From assembly GCA_002633005.1 (NCBI GenBank), contig NMRA01000510.1, forward strand, positions 241,436 to 305,435: DNA of 64,000 bases. The letters run 5' to 3'. This DNA is from Phoronis australis (Eukaryota > Animalia > Phoronida). The position numbers and the translations under genes were made by a program. Positions within the stretch are counted from its first letter, which is position 1; the number at the start of each line of letters is the position of its first letter. Below, piece after piece: positions 1-12,914 of this stretch. The notes beneath the pieces were generated by a model. It made no database searches, was not told the origin of the DNA, and saw nothing but the letters and a program-made list of their open reading frames with translations.

Positions 1-280
1 TTAGAGAATGAGCGTTAATACTATAAGTTTTTCGTCATTATACAAGTTATTGTCACACAAGTTAAGATATATCTCTATTCATCACCATTTAAAACAGGGT
101 ACACGTTTGAATTAGCCGATACCTCAAAACCCAGGCATTTTCTACCATAATAGCCAATGACTTCTATTTTAGCAACGGGTAATTCATTACATTTCTAGAC
201 AGACCGTGTGATTTGTCGTTTACATTCAGCAAAAACACGATCAGAAAACAAACACTATGAGCCAAAATCGATTCTTAATA

Positions 281-417
281 CATGGGCGGCGCACTATAGG
301 GGGCTGAGAGGCTATCGCCCCCCTTAATTCAGTGGTGCACCGTCCGCGGGCGTAGGCGGCGCACCTGATAGGGGGCTGAGGGAATATAGCTCCCCACTAA
401 ATGCTGCGCCGCCCATG
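281..417. mobile_element. MITE with CATGGGCGGCGCA TIRs and 5-bp TSD (hAT5-like)
   Basis: TIR CATGGGCGGCGCA...TGCGCCGCCCATG; flanked by TAATA (276-280, 418-422); related copy at 18168-18449. Confidence 0.8.
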
Positions 418-478
418 TAATATCGAGTAAAGTACATGTAAAAGTCAAAAATCTATTACGAAAAATATAAAGTTATAC

Positions 479-728
479 CAGTTATGCAAAGAGAAGCGGC
501 TCGAAATAAACAGTTGCCGTCCCCAGATGTGCGAATGTGTTCGTGTGTTGACTGGTGAGATTCGGGAATTATGCATTTTGCGAACTCGTCGATCAGAGCA
601 TTTTCCAACAAACTAGTTGTAGAAAGAGGGGATTCAACAGCTTGTCTTACAATGTTACTGTATGTGTCGTATAGACTTCCAGCTTTCTGCGAGTCGTATC
701 CAATCGACGCCACGAGTTCTCCAAGGCC
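479..728 (-). CDS. Exon of a vertnin-like protein with OTU-type motif; gene probably continues off the left edge
   Basis: Acceptor ttttacag|GGC at 728, donor ACTG|gtataa at 479; reads GLGELVASIGYD...IDEFAKCIIPESHQSTHEHIRTSGDGNCLFRAASLCITG; GDGNCLFRA is the OTU catalytic Cys loop and the context resembles the vertnin N-terminal domain. Confidence 0.65.
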
Positions 729-849
729 CTGTAAAATACAGAATTTGTGACCACTGATCGAAATTTACTCCAGTTTCCTGCTATAACGTGCATGCGAAAA
801 TCACAATGAATAGTAAAAACAACTCCACAACGTTAGAAAACTCAATTAC

Positions 850-867
850 CTCCATTGTGGTCGACAT
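850..867 (-). CDS. Putative first coding exon (MSTTME) of the vertnin-like gene
   Basis: ATG TCG ACC ACA ATG GAG|gtaatt, phase 0, compatible with the acceptor at 728; in-frame stop upstream. Confidence 0.4.
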
Positions 868-2709
868 CTCGAATAATGCACTGAACACCAAAGTTCAAGC
901 TTAGAACTGCACGCGCTACTGCTAGATATAAGGTAACACTTACCGGACACACGTGAGGTCTTCACTTTGCCGACGACGCCAAACATCAACTTGAAGTCTT
1001 GTTCTGCAGTCGTGGGAAACGATTCTTTAGCGAAATAAAAGCTGCCTGAGTGATCCACACGTTTTTAGTCAGATTCTTCAATTTCGTTATAAGTCTGAGA
1101 AAACTGTACTTCAAATCAAAATACAATGTTGCAGAAGCTTCTACGCTGAAATTTTTTTGGGGGGCACGGGCCCCCCGCGCCCCCCCGCTTCTTACGGCCC
1201 TGCATAGGCAAGCAAAAGTATGACATTCATCTGCTTGGTTCAGTATGCAATGTGGGTTTTTTATGCAGATGACTATACAGCTGATTTTAGTTCGTGACGT
1301 GAAAACGGCCTCAGTGAGCAAGAAGATCACTATTACATTCTCTTATTTGACTGCATTGGAAATTATCAGGTCAACTGACAAACTCAATCAAAACTCAATA
1401 CTTGTTCTGTAAGTAATACATATAAGGTAGAAAGTCTTGGACAGTCTTAAGTAGTGGATATCCAGACTTACACAAACAGGCTGCATAAACTGTCAGCACG
1501 AATACAGCCACGACGTAACCGTAGTTAGCCTTGCACTTTGGCCAAAGATACTATATCCCTAGTTAAGCCGTGTAGAGCCGCGCTGGTATCCAGACTAGCA
1601 TTACATGTAACCACATAAAATGTAAACTTGTATACCCACTGCATCACTGCTGTGCAGTAACAGATAAAATGAATTTTCAAAAGACCACAATAAGAACTTA
1701 TTAAGAGTGACTGTATATAAAAATCAGCAGGCAAGAGCCTATACCCAAGATCACAGATTTTTTTGAGACTTAGCACAAGAGTTTGGTTTGGTGAGATGTA
1801 GAAAAATTTCGCGTTTTAAAGAATTTTCCTGCACTATTTCCCTTCTTATGACATCCTCCATTTGCCACAAAATTGGGTGCCAAAGTAGACATGTGTGAAT
1901 GCATTTTACTAGCATATATAGCACGCTGATAACAAATGAGCGACACAGTTTTAATGGACTATGTTTGAATGATTTAATGGCATAACTTTCAAAATTCATT
2001 TTTAAATTTGTATATTTTATGTGGCAAAAACGACAATTTAGCAGGTTTTCACTGAAGCCATTTTCGGCCAACTTTGACACTCTGTAGCATCCATATTGCA
2101 CCTTTTTAAAAACTGACCTTATAATAATTTGGTGATAGATGGCGTCGCTGTTTGTTTACATGGAGACTGTGGACGCGACTACCAGCCGAATCTGCCATGC
2201 TCGTGTATTTTATCTTCGTTGTGAGAGCCACTAGCAAAGGAAGGGAGGCACCTATGGGGGTTATAGCCCTCTGTTCAGTGCAAAAAAATCTTCAACTCGG
2301 TCAAATTCATTGTAATTTGCGTTCATATTGTATTGTACCCGCAAGTTGCTACGAATTATCTCCACATCGATCGCCAGCCACCCAATGTTGACTATTTCTG
2401 ATGGTGCGATCATTAACGGTATGAAAAGGCATACATTCAAGGTCAAGAGAAATGAATTCATGAAAGACAATTTTATTAATGACTCAGTTCATGACCGACA
2501 GGTAAACACAGTTGAACACAACGGTCTGGACTTCATAGCAAACATACCGAGTGACTGACTCTGTGCCGTAGCAAAGAGGTCAGATGCCGCGCCGCGCTCC
2601 TGCCAAAGGAAAGGAGGTGATAAACAGGTGTCGTCCAAGGGAGGCAGCAGACATCTGTTAACTGGGGGGTTACACAGCTACCAACCGGGGATGGTGGGGG
2701 GAGGAAGAC

Positions 2710-2905
2710 GCGGATTTAGGGGGGCGGGGGCGAAGGGGGCCATGGCCCCCCTAAAAGTCTACCAGATACCATTTGGGAGTTCTGGTGTGCGCAAGCAGGG
2801 GCTCGTCGGGGGTGAATAAACAACGTAGGCCCTGGGCGCGCCGTCTGTCGAAATTCTGGTTATTCCTGTGCCCTGCCCCCCCCCACCAACTCAAAATCCT
2901 GGAGC
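2710..2905. mobile_element. Degenerate copy of the CAGTGGCGGATTTAG MITE family
   Basis: gcggatttagggggg...ccccctaaaa..ccagataccatttgg...aactcaaaatcctgga matches the copy at 10893-11047. Confidence 0.6.
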
Positions 2906-4621
2906 TAGGAGGTGCCGCGGTCGCTGCGCCAATGGACTGACTATTGTCATTTCACCTCAACTACAAACTACGATTAACTACGATAAAACATAAATTGAAT
3001 GTGTATAGTGAGCACTAGGAAAGCGAAGTCGGGTCATTTATCTCCAACTGTGACAATTGATATCTTGTGGCTCTAACTGAAGTCGAAGGTTCCGGGTGGT
3101 ACCATGCAATTCTGAGCCTAGTGTCCAAACAGAGCCAATATCACCGTGAAGTGTTGAAGTCAATACCTTGTTCAGATTTTCTTCTGGAAGATGTTGGGTG
3201 TTCAGGGTGCAGACAGTTTTTGCTTGGGTAAACATCGCAATTTATGATCCCGACTTCTCGATCGACTGGTCCTGCTCCTCAGTCACAAATTTATTTACTA
3301 GCTCTGGCTAGTACGAGCTCGTAGCGTACTCTGCCACTGGCCTTGATTTATGTGGTACTTTACAGCATCTCAGATGTTCTGAAGTTAGCATTACTGACTA
3401 AAGCCACGAAGCTTGATGAAAACTTGTTTGATAAAAACTCCCTGAAACAAACAGAAATGACCTTCGTTCTTCATTTCATCTTTAAGGTACATAATAGCAT
3501 CAAAACCAGTCTTCATTACAAATAACAATTTTTACAAATTCAAACTTCAAAGGAATTTATTTCCATTTAGTTGACCTGCAATTGTCTGGTGATAATGGAA
3601 GAAAATAAGAGGGTTACATGTACACTTTTTATGTTCTCAAACCCATTGTCAATTGACTCATGCACTGGACAAAGGTCACCGAGTTCAGTTTTGATACTGA
3701 TCGTGTAATACAGCCAGCAAAGAAATTATTTTCATTTGAAAGACCTTAGACTTAGATTTGACTTTTGTAACAATTTAAAGCAGATTTCTTGTTCAAAATT
3801 TTGTTCAATTTGTCTGTAAACTGTGCTCACCATTGCCAAAATCGACAGTTTTGCAAGACAATTTTCACTAATTGTGAGGTTGAGGCAAGATATTTTTTAG
3901 TCAGTCATCAAGTTTTACTCTTTTGCTATATGTTGAAAAAGTTACATAAAGCTATAAGGTGCCGCCAGTATATGGCAGTAAGACTGTCACAACGGTCACT
4001 AAATTATCTAGGATGTGGTCTGTGGATTATCTCCCCTGTCTATCACAAAGCCGTCAAATTTCATTTGAGTAAATGCCAAGTCATTATTTACAGTTTACAC
4101 TGGTTATTACAGCCACCAAAGTAAAACTTTCAATGTATTTTGTAAGTTACTTATTTTCGTTGCTGAATTTTGGAGACGGTTAATATGACCAAATTTCGGT
4201 CTAGTGCTCCGGCGGTAAAATTAGAGTTCATAGAGTTCACAAAATGTGGCATTTAGATTTTTGTTAGGATACCTATCTATGTACAAAAATGAACTTGTTT
4301 GAATTTTGACGTATAGACTGATTTTTGAAAATCTAATGATTTTTGTGTAGACTCAGTCTTAATTAAGTTTCCAGTTATTCATTACACAAATCCTCAAACT
4401 AAGAACTTCTGCCAAAGCCAACTAAGCTTAGTTTATGATATGTTAAGTATGTGGCCTAGTTCACGCTCAGTTCAATGGCGTGGCTTAAACACAACCCCAA
4501 GTACATTAAACTGTTTAAAATTCACACCTAAGCTATAAGATTCCGCACACTTGTACGGCCTAGTCTCCAGCACCGACAAATAGATTTGGACTGCTGCAAA
4601 AAGTCTGAATAAACAACATCG

Positions 4622-4821
4622 TTGGCCGTTTCCTTATTCACTAGAAATGTCTGCCGAGTTACAGCTCAAAGACTTAACTTCGAACACTCGTCTGCTTACT
4701 GCATACTTAGAGCTTCGATTTTGCTAATGCAAATTCCTGAAACTAAATCACGAGGAAGAATAAACAAGCCGATGCGCGTTACGCTCTACAGGGACTCGAC
4801 AACAATTAATGCAAGTGAAAG
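4622..4821 (+). CDS. ACSF2: Candidate ACSF2 exon 1 (mitochondrial-presequence-like); start codon uncertain
   Basis: Open frame LAVSLFTRNVCRVTAQRL...NASE(R), Arg/Ser-rich; donor AG|gtgaaa at 4821 is phase 2, matching the exon at 6615; first in-frame ATG only at 4727. Confidence 0.4.
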
Positions 4822-5364
4822 GTGAAAATGCGCTTTATCACCAGTGTGTGAATGCTGTGAGGGTTGTCTGGACCTAGGAACCAGTAATGGCCGGCTCGGA
4901 TGGCGGAACACACAAACTTTCCAATTATTGTTCATGAACTGACAAAGTTTTATTCATGGGCTTTGCTGGTCAAGTGCTGTGGAGACATCAACTTGCCGAA
5001 GGCAACTGATTAAGCGGTAAGTACTTTCAACACAATAAACAAGAGACGGCGCCACAGTACAGGCTTGGTCGAGGTCAGCTTGGTATCACAATCGATGGCA
5101 GCTGGTCTATGGCTTTACTGAGGCATTCCGTTCGCTTTATTGGTGCTCTGAAACCACAAAGTCAACCAAATGGGTTGCGCATAGTGCTTTGTTCAAGAGT
5201 ATATTCCAATAAGACAAGAAGGTTTGTAAAAATATTGACCTGAGGCTTAATTGTCAGTGGTGGCGTTTTCCAGGGATTCAACTAAGCTAGTTAGCCCGCC
5301 AAGGGCCAAGGGGATAACCTCGATCACGAGAGAGCGTGGTTGTTGTTCATGTTTTGATTCTAAT

Positions 5365-5470
5365 CGTAAACTCATGTGTTTCTTCCTTACATATGATCAA
5401 TGTTTACATTGTGAGCACGTAAACTAATGTGTTTCTTTCTTACACATGATCAATGTTTACATTGTGAGCA
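5365..5470. repeat. 53-bp tandem duplication (2 copies)
   Basis: cgtaaact(c/a)atgtgtttctt(c/t)cttaca(t/c)atgatcaatgtttacattgtgagca twice. Confidence 0.9.
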
Positions 5471-6614
5471 CTGCAGGTGAAATTGCGGTACAAATTTATC
5501 GAGATGCTTAGTTTTGGCTAGGACCAATATCACTCCCAGGTTTTGGGAAGGGGCTTCGTTCAGAAATATGGGTCATGTAAATAAGGTCAACACAACTAGG
5601 TCATCGGGGAGCATGGTATGATTATGGAATACACCTGATTAGGAACTTATTTAAAAGGCATTTTGCAACACTGCAATGATTAATTGGAATTGGCGAATAT
5701 CTGTATAGATAGATCACGCTGAATAATTTCACCGGGTATTTACCATAGGGGTAAAATGCCCCCTCTTTAAAGGTACATTATCGTTTTTACGACCGAAAAA
5801 TGCAATTTTGGGATGGTTACTGAATGATACGTATGTACTAGCATATCTAAATATTTGAATACTTGTATTATTACTACTTGTATGTTCTATGTATACAACA
5901 TTCGTCTATGTACTGTCTACAACCCAGATATAATGCTTCGCGATTCCTGGGTTTGTCATTATTTTCCTTGTTGTGCTGTGTATTCATCAAAAAATATCAC
6001 CTTGAAAATATGTTGTCGCCAAATCAAGGTTGGTGACTTTACCAGTTAAATACTATACTATGCCATAGTAGTAATAGTAGGCCTGCTTCAACTGAATGGA
6101 ATTTAGTTCATCTAGCAGAGTGTTTGGCTGCGACTGGACTGTCATGTTCCAATCCGCGCTCGGCTGGACTGACAAGATTTTTCTCGCCAAACAGTATCCG
6201 AAAGCAGCCAGTGTTGCCGCGGATTATTCGAAAAAATACAATAGGCGCTGTTTATCTAATTATGAAAGTAAAGTATTTTAAGAGAATTGACGTAAATATT
6301 CGAAACAAATGTCGCAATTTGTTGAGTAAATGATTGATCGGTGCTTTAGCATTTTGCCCGTTAATATGCTAATCATCTAATCGAAGTTCGCATAAACAGG
6401 GCTTGCATGATATTTCTCCATTACCGCAATGTAAAAAGTGACCGAGCGGGGGTGGGCTGGTTCCTCTCTGAATGCTGTAGATCTGTAGATATGTGACAAC
6501 ATTGTTTAAGCTCGTTCCAGTCAAGTATCTGATGAGGTGTCCACATGTGAACGCACTCGGATAAGATACTGGTACGTCTGTACCGTTTTCGCACTCTTAC
6601 TCATTTTCATGCAG

Positions 6615-6780
6615 AGAACATTTAACATGGAGTTACGCGCATGGACCTTCCGACGTTCCTCTGATTGGCGAAACCTTAGGTCAAAGGCTGGACAGAGCCG
6701 TCGACTCGTATGGCGATAAAGACATGTTTGTGTTCCCCGCTCAAGATGTTCGAAAGACATTCGAAGAGTTTCAGAAAGAG
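6615..6780 (+). CDS. ACSF2: ACSF2 exon
   Basis: gcag|A...GAG|gtaacg; [55 protein letters not shown]. Confidence 0.9.
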
Positions 6781-9700
6781 GTAACGCCTGTTTGAACTTC
6801 AGATTTTTGCATACAACAATTCTATCGTGCCAGCTTACATATACGCAATGGTGTAGTCCTAGAAATAAAAGTAGAATTCTGGCGCGGAACATCACGAAGA
6901 ATTAAAGTCGTAAATACAGCAGTGCATGCAACAAAACTCTATTTGTAGAGATGAAACAGAACTGGAAATTTACTTTAATGAGACCTCAATAATTAAAGCT
7001 AAAAATGGCGTTCTGTCGAGGGGACGCCTTCCTGGCTGAAAAAGCGAAGGATGATACACTCTGTGACTACATGTACCCTCAGCACATATGCAAACATTTA
7101 TGTTATGTATCTCTGTTTTTGCTGATTGATCTTCGTTAGATAAACTGAATGCCACATCACAAATTGAATCGGCATTACCTGTGGTGTACTTATTAGCTAT
7201 GCACCCTAAACCTTTAAATGGGCATTTTGTCGCTGTTTAGTTGCTAAGTTGAATAACTGAAGCACTTTGCGGTGTAAAACATTACCACGAGCACTCGATC
7301 ATAAATTGCTGCCGAACATGTCCACATCTTATATCAAGTCACAGGCAATGTGTCCCTAGAGCATTTCTGAATTCACAATTTTAGAGTTTGCAAACCTCAT
7401 TAAACTATAAAACGTCATCTTGAGTCGTTGATAGTTTCTGTGTTCTTGTTGGTAACGGAAATAGAGTCCTGTCACTTTAGCCAGCCACACAAGATGAAAT
7501 GTAGCTTTAATGTATTTTTCCAGTTTGATAAACAGCAGAACTTTAACCCACAATTAGAAACCGCTTTCGTTCTCCTTTCTGCATAGCCTATTACCATGCA
7601 TTATTTTACCTTTGACTTTTAGCGCTCGTTCCAGCACTTTCTATTATCCCCTAGATCCGTGAAACTTGAATCTGATGCACAGCATACAGTAAAATTGTGT
7701 TGTTATAGGTTAAAGATTTTGCCGCCGGTCTTCTATCTTTGGGACTCAGGCGAGGAGATCGCGTAGGAATATGGAGCCCTAATTGTTTGGAATGGATAAT
7801 TACTCAATATGCATCCGCCGTGACCGGGATGATACTGGTCAACATAAATCCTGCATACAGAATTCGCGAGCTGGAGTACGCTATTGGGAAAGTATGACTT
7901 TGTTCCTTTTAAAACTGGACAATTTACCACAAATTGGGAATGTAAAGTTTTTACTCGTCTGAAGAATGCAGCCCTGAATGCCTACAATTGAGATTTGTTG
8001 TGCTGAATCATGTAGCTTATCCGAACTGTGGTGGAATTACAGTATGTGTTGATCTGTGTGTAACTCCAAATTTCAGTTTACATCATTCGTCATTGGGAAT
8101 CTTGCCGTTTCCCAATTCTTTGCTTCCAGGTAAAACTCAACGCCTTAGTTTCCGCAGAGAGGTTCAAGACTCAAGAGTATTACGAAATGTTATTCCACCT
8201 TTGCCCAGAACTTGCCTTCTCCAAACCCGGCGAGTTGCACAGTAATCGCCTTCCTGATCTGAAAACCATCATTATGATTGACGGCGAACCCAAACCGTAG
8301 GTTGGACGCAGATTTATCTTTTAAACGCTGTCAACGGTTAGATAACATGGCGAGCAGTGCTATGCCCACCAAGCGTTATATATTTAAAGTAAACAATATA
8401 CGCCATAGGCGGATTTATAGAGGCCCAAATGACCTCTCACACTTTCAGTGCCCAAAAGGAAAAACATACAACTTATACCGTTTCTGTGGGTATTGCGAAC
8501 TTCTGTACTTTGGATAATGAAGTCCGTGACCCTTCGTTGTTTTGCCAGTTCGTTTCATGTTTGTTATCTATAATGCCAGAAAGACTACCTTGAAAGGTCA
8601 AGTGTCATATAACGATTTTTGACTGTTTTCCGGACATAATTGCAAAAGAAAATAATTTATGTCAGTAGAGCGGTCCTTAGTGGCCTAGTTATGGTTTTAA
8701 AACCATTACCTCAAAGCAGGCTATCTAAAATTCCCACACGCGCATCCGGGAACACCATTGATGGTGCTGATTGAAGTAAAATACACTAGTCTCATGTAGG
8801 TAGGCCACATTCGCGCTTCAGCGCCAGAGGGTCTCCGACAAGTTACTTCATCAAATCCATGACATTTTATTGACCACACAGTGCAACCCCACCGATTCCC
8901 ATCCTTAGTAAAGGCCAGTGTTTAGCTGTGTGCAGGCCTGTTTTATTTGTTTGGCCACACCGCATCTGGGGATCCTTGACGTGAACTTAACCCGCTATTG
9001 CTAATTTCAAAGTTCATTCTACCCTTATAACGTTTTCTCAAAGCAGAATGCAAAACGATGCATTCCACCATTGGTTATTCACTGATGAAATGCCACTGTA
9101 GCTGCTCTAAATCAACTCCATCACACGCATGAATAAATTATCAATATTTGAGATCAACAATTTATGACATTCATTTTACATACATCAGTGGCATCAAATG
9201 GTAGACATTAGAAGCTTGTGATACGGGGCATACCTGAGAAGCAACGTCTTTTGTAGATTAACCAATGTCATGTTCATAGTACCCCAGCGCCACTAATTAA
9301 ATACATCCTCTTCAACGACCAGGTTGGTGTCATTTCAACCCGCAATCATAAAGATTGGATTGGGGACAAGCAGTAACTTTTTAAATTTCATTTAAAACAT
9401 TAAATGCGTCATAGCAGACAACCTTCCTGGTAACATCTTCCTGAGAATATGCTGCGTTTTACATTGTTGATGCGCCATGTTTTTATAGTAATTAAAATTC
9501 AATATACAAATATGGACAATATCGAGGACAATGTTAGGCTTGCTACCGCCAAAGTTACAATGTCCAGTGATCGTAATGTTTTTGTTTTATTGTACTGCCA
9601 TCTCCTGCTTCTTAACTTTCTTGGGTGGGGGGGGGGCTTTTGGTTTCTGCTTTTGTTAGTGATCTGTCATCTCGGCTACTTCAAAAGTGATATGCTACAA

Positions 9701-11988
9701 CTTGCAGGGCAACAACACCTCAGAAAGGAAGTCATCCTACTGTGCTTTAGCCAGAGGATAGAAGTATCAGCGGTCGTATAATATCGTTCTGCTTAGGTTC
9801 AGCAATGTGATATCGAAGGTCCGCCATTGTACACAATATTTAATGTCGACAATTTGTTACAGTGTACATTTTCTCTGGTATGTGATATCTGAGCTTCACC
9901 TTTCTTTCCAGTGGAACGTTTCAGTTTTCCGAAATATCTCGTAGTGGGGAAAATCAACCGAAGCGCCTTATTGAGGACCTGAAGTACAAAATTCAGTCCG
10001 ATGACCCCGTGAACATTCAATTCACTTCTGTAAGTTCAGCTATAGACTAGGTTGGAGTTGCGCAGTGTACCTAAGAACAGCAATAAAAGAAGAGATTGTA
10101 CTTAATTATTATTAGATTGACAATAGCAAATATGTGAACTGTTTAGGTTGGGCGAGATTCATTTGCATGCGAACGGCTTCTCCATTCGTGGGGCACCGAA
10201 CATCGCGTGACATTCAATAGAAATTGACATAGCTGTTCATATGATCTTATGTTTCTACATTTATTTATTTTGCTGTTCTTTTGCAGTGTACCAAGTGTGT
10301 AGCGTGCATCAGTACTTTTGCATTTTCGAGTGGATAATTATCACAAAGTTAGACCTACATCTCCTTGGTACTCTGCGTAAAACGTGAATTGCAATTCCGT
10401 CCACTCAAATACATAAATTGTCCATCTCATTTTTCACTTGAGACAGGCAAATATCCCCATCTCCAAACACATCATTCAGTGCATCAGCAAGTAAGCGATA
10501 GTTTCAAAACATTTCAGTTCGACAATGCTGGCCAAAATTTTCCTCAAATGAATCGCAGGCCATAACTCAAGCCATCCTTGCAATTTCTTGGAATAAGTCG
10601 GCACAGATTGAAGAAAATGTGGGTGTCGTGGAACCTTCTTTAACACACTAAAAATACTTATTCAAGGGAACAACAGGAAGTCCAAAGGGAGCCACGTTAT
10701 CTCACCATAATATGCTTAACAATGCAAGATTCGTTGGACGTCGCATGGAATTTCACAAAAAGGTACGATTGTCGCGTTGCATTGCGTCAGATTACTGCGA
10801 AGTTGAAAGCGGTCATTACTTGTTGGGGACCGTGTGTGAAAGTAAGTGCTGATACACCTGAAATATTCGTATTGCAAATTTTAATCCTTTCACAGTGGCG
10901 GATTTAGAGGGGGGCCAAGGGCCATAGCCCCCTAAAATTCTCCCAGATTCCATTAGGCAGTTCGGAGGTGCGAAAATCTGACGGGAAAAATCCTGGCTAA
11001 TATGTTGCCTTAGGCCCCCCAAACTCAAAATCCTGGATCCGCCCCTGTTTCACAAGGCAATAGTTATGATGACATTGAAATGACATTGAAGTGACATTGA
11101 AATGACATTCAAGTGACATTCATGTGATAAAACCTGCTTCCGCTCAAAACTAAGATCTAATTTTATTTGTTGTTCACGTACGGAAGTACATTATTTCGCA
11201 TTATTTCGTGCATTATGACGTCAACTCTCCCGTTGAGCATTCTCTTGTCGTTTTCTTTACAGGAAGTGCGTCTGTGTGCCCCAGTGCCCCTCTACCATTG
11301 TTTCGGGTGCGGTATGGCAGGTCTCCAAACCATACTACACGGTACTACCGTCGTATATCCAGCTCCCAGTTTTGCTCCAGAGCCGACTTTGCAAGCTGTG
11401 GAAGACGAGAGGTATTCGAAGCATTTGAAGCATTTTGGTGATAGAAATGACGAGATGATTGTGAATCGATGAGACGGCGTGTTTGACTTGTGCTGAAACG
11501 GCACTTTTAACCTTCTGTAGTCGCGAGGTAATCGGATTCTTCGTTGCAGTCTGTGAAATGGATGCCGCCCCAGTACCAGGTTCTGCGTTTTTCTTTTAAC
11601 GGAATTTCTTCTGAACATGATTATCCTTTTTGTGTTGGTGAAAGAAAAGTTCACATGTGTGAATTATGAATGTATGCTTCCTTCACATATCTGGGTTGGT
11701 TTGTCTGCAAGTCAAGGCCACTGTGTCAACTTGGTTCCAATTGTACACGAAATCTGAAGGTTTCACACTGTTCATTTTCGGACTTGTGGGTTTTTGATTG
11801 CACCCGAGGACATTGTTCACGATGTTGCTTGACTTTTTTTTTCGAATATTGTTAATTTCTAGTTAACCGTGTTGACTTTTGAAGCTCTGTTTACAGGTGC
11901 ACTGCTCTGTATGGTACTCCCACCATGTTTATCGACATGTTGAATTTTCCACAGTTCAACAAGTACGATTTGTCTAGCCTGAACACGG
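6615..11988 (+). CDS. ACSF2: ACSF2-like medium-chain acyl-CoA synthetase, N-terminal half only (7 exons, 971 nt); truncated copy or possible pseudogene
   Basis: GT-AG exons 6615-6780, 7709-7891, 8130-8296, 9912-10029, 10667-10762, 11263-11411, 11897-11988 join in frame without stops: [18 protein letters not shown]...[10 protein letters not shown]...VNINPAY...[10 protein letters not shown]|[15 protein letters not shown] (AMP-binding signature)...PVPLYHCFG...[12 protein letters not shown]. Confidence 0.9.
7709..7891 (+). CDS. ACSF2: ACSF2 exon
   Basis: atag|GTT...AAA|gtatga; [61 protein letters not shown]. Confidence 0.92.
8130..8296 (+). CDS. ACSF2: ACSF2 exon
   Basis: ccag|GTA...CC|gtaggt; [55 protein letters not shown](P). 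Confidence 0.9.
9912..10029 (+). CDS. ACSF2: ACSF2 exon
   Basis: ccag|T...TCT|gtaagt; [39 protein letters not shown]. Confidence 0.92.
10667..10762 (+). CDS. ACSF2: ACSF2 exon (P-loop)
   Basis: caag|GGA...AAG|gtacga; [32 protein letters not shown]. Confidence 0.92.
10893..11047. mobile_element. MITE (CAGTGGCGGAT...ATCCGCCCCTG) with 5-bp TSD
   Basis: Imperfect TIRs; TTTCA duplicated at 10888-10892 and 11048-11052; intronic in ACSF2. Confidence 0.85.
11069..11122. repeat. 11-bp tandem repeat (RTGACATTSAA) x5
   Basis: Directly visible. Confidence 0.9.
11263..11411 (+). CDS. ACSF2: ACSF2 exon
   Basis: acag|GAA...AG|gtattc; [49 protein letters not shown](R). Confidence 0.92.
11897..11988 (+). 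CDS. ACSF2: ACSF2 exon (last one found)
   Basis: acag|G...ACGG|gtaagg; [30 protein letters not shown](G); ends phase 1. Confidence 0.92.
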
Positions 11989-12914
11989 GTAAGGCCCATG
12001 CACGTAACATTTTCTGTTGAAGCGGTCACTTTTTGGTTAGACCTCTTATCATCATGTACAAATAATTCCGTAGTTAAAATAGATGTTATTTCTGGGCTTG
12101 AGAAAAACGAAAGCTTGTTGTTGCTTGAAACCACACTCTACATGTTGACATGTCAAAATGTGTCATTTTATTCAGGGAGTTTTGCATGTTCTCGAGCAAT
12201 GACGAGGTGTCAGTTCTTTACAAGACCAGAGATCACTTCTCATCTGATTAAGGGACAAGCTGAGATGACGTATATTGCGGTAACGATTCTTAATCAAAAC
12301 GTAGCCCTTTTAAGGATATCTTAAACCTTATTCACAAAAATTGGCCATTTTTACAATATTTCACATATGTCTAGCAAAATCATTCTCGGGGAACTTCAAA
12401 GACGTGTAGCGAGAAAAAACAGAAGATTTAGCAGAATCACTTTGGAACCGCACAACCGCGTGGAAATTTGTTTATTACTTATCCGATATTAAAGGTTACG
12501 GGGCTTTCACTCAAATCGAATCTCCCACCAGGCACAGAGCAGCACCGTATTAGTCTATATGTACCCTCAGTCTTTTCATTCTCGGAGTCGCCATGATATT
12601 GCGTCAAAGACGTTTACATAAGATAGATGCTGGGGAAAACGAAGACAAAACGTAGTTTTGATAATCAGGGAGTTGCGTGTCTGTATGCATATGACCGTTG
12701 AGAACGAATGCTATGTGTCGCCTCGCAACACTATGACTTCGTGTTGAAAAACAGCAAGTTGTGAAAAGAGACAAATGCTGACAACAGCTTATTATTTAAA
12801 ATGACTTATTCTTATTAAAATGACATAGGCAAAAAATTGAATTTTGGACCTCAAAAGCGAGGCCTCCTATATTAATATAGGGGGCCCCGCCGAAAGGAGG
12901 CCGGAGAGCGAAAA

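Noticed and set aside
1525-4360. Several 60-116 aa ORFs between the vertnin-like gene and ACSF2
   Set aside because: No recognisable motifs or consistent exon structure; region looks like old repeat-derived sequence whose boundaries I could not define
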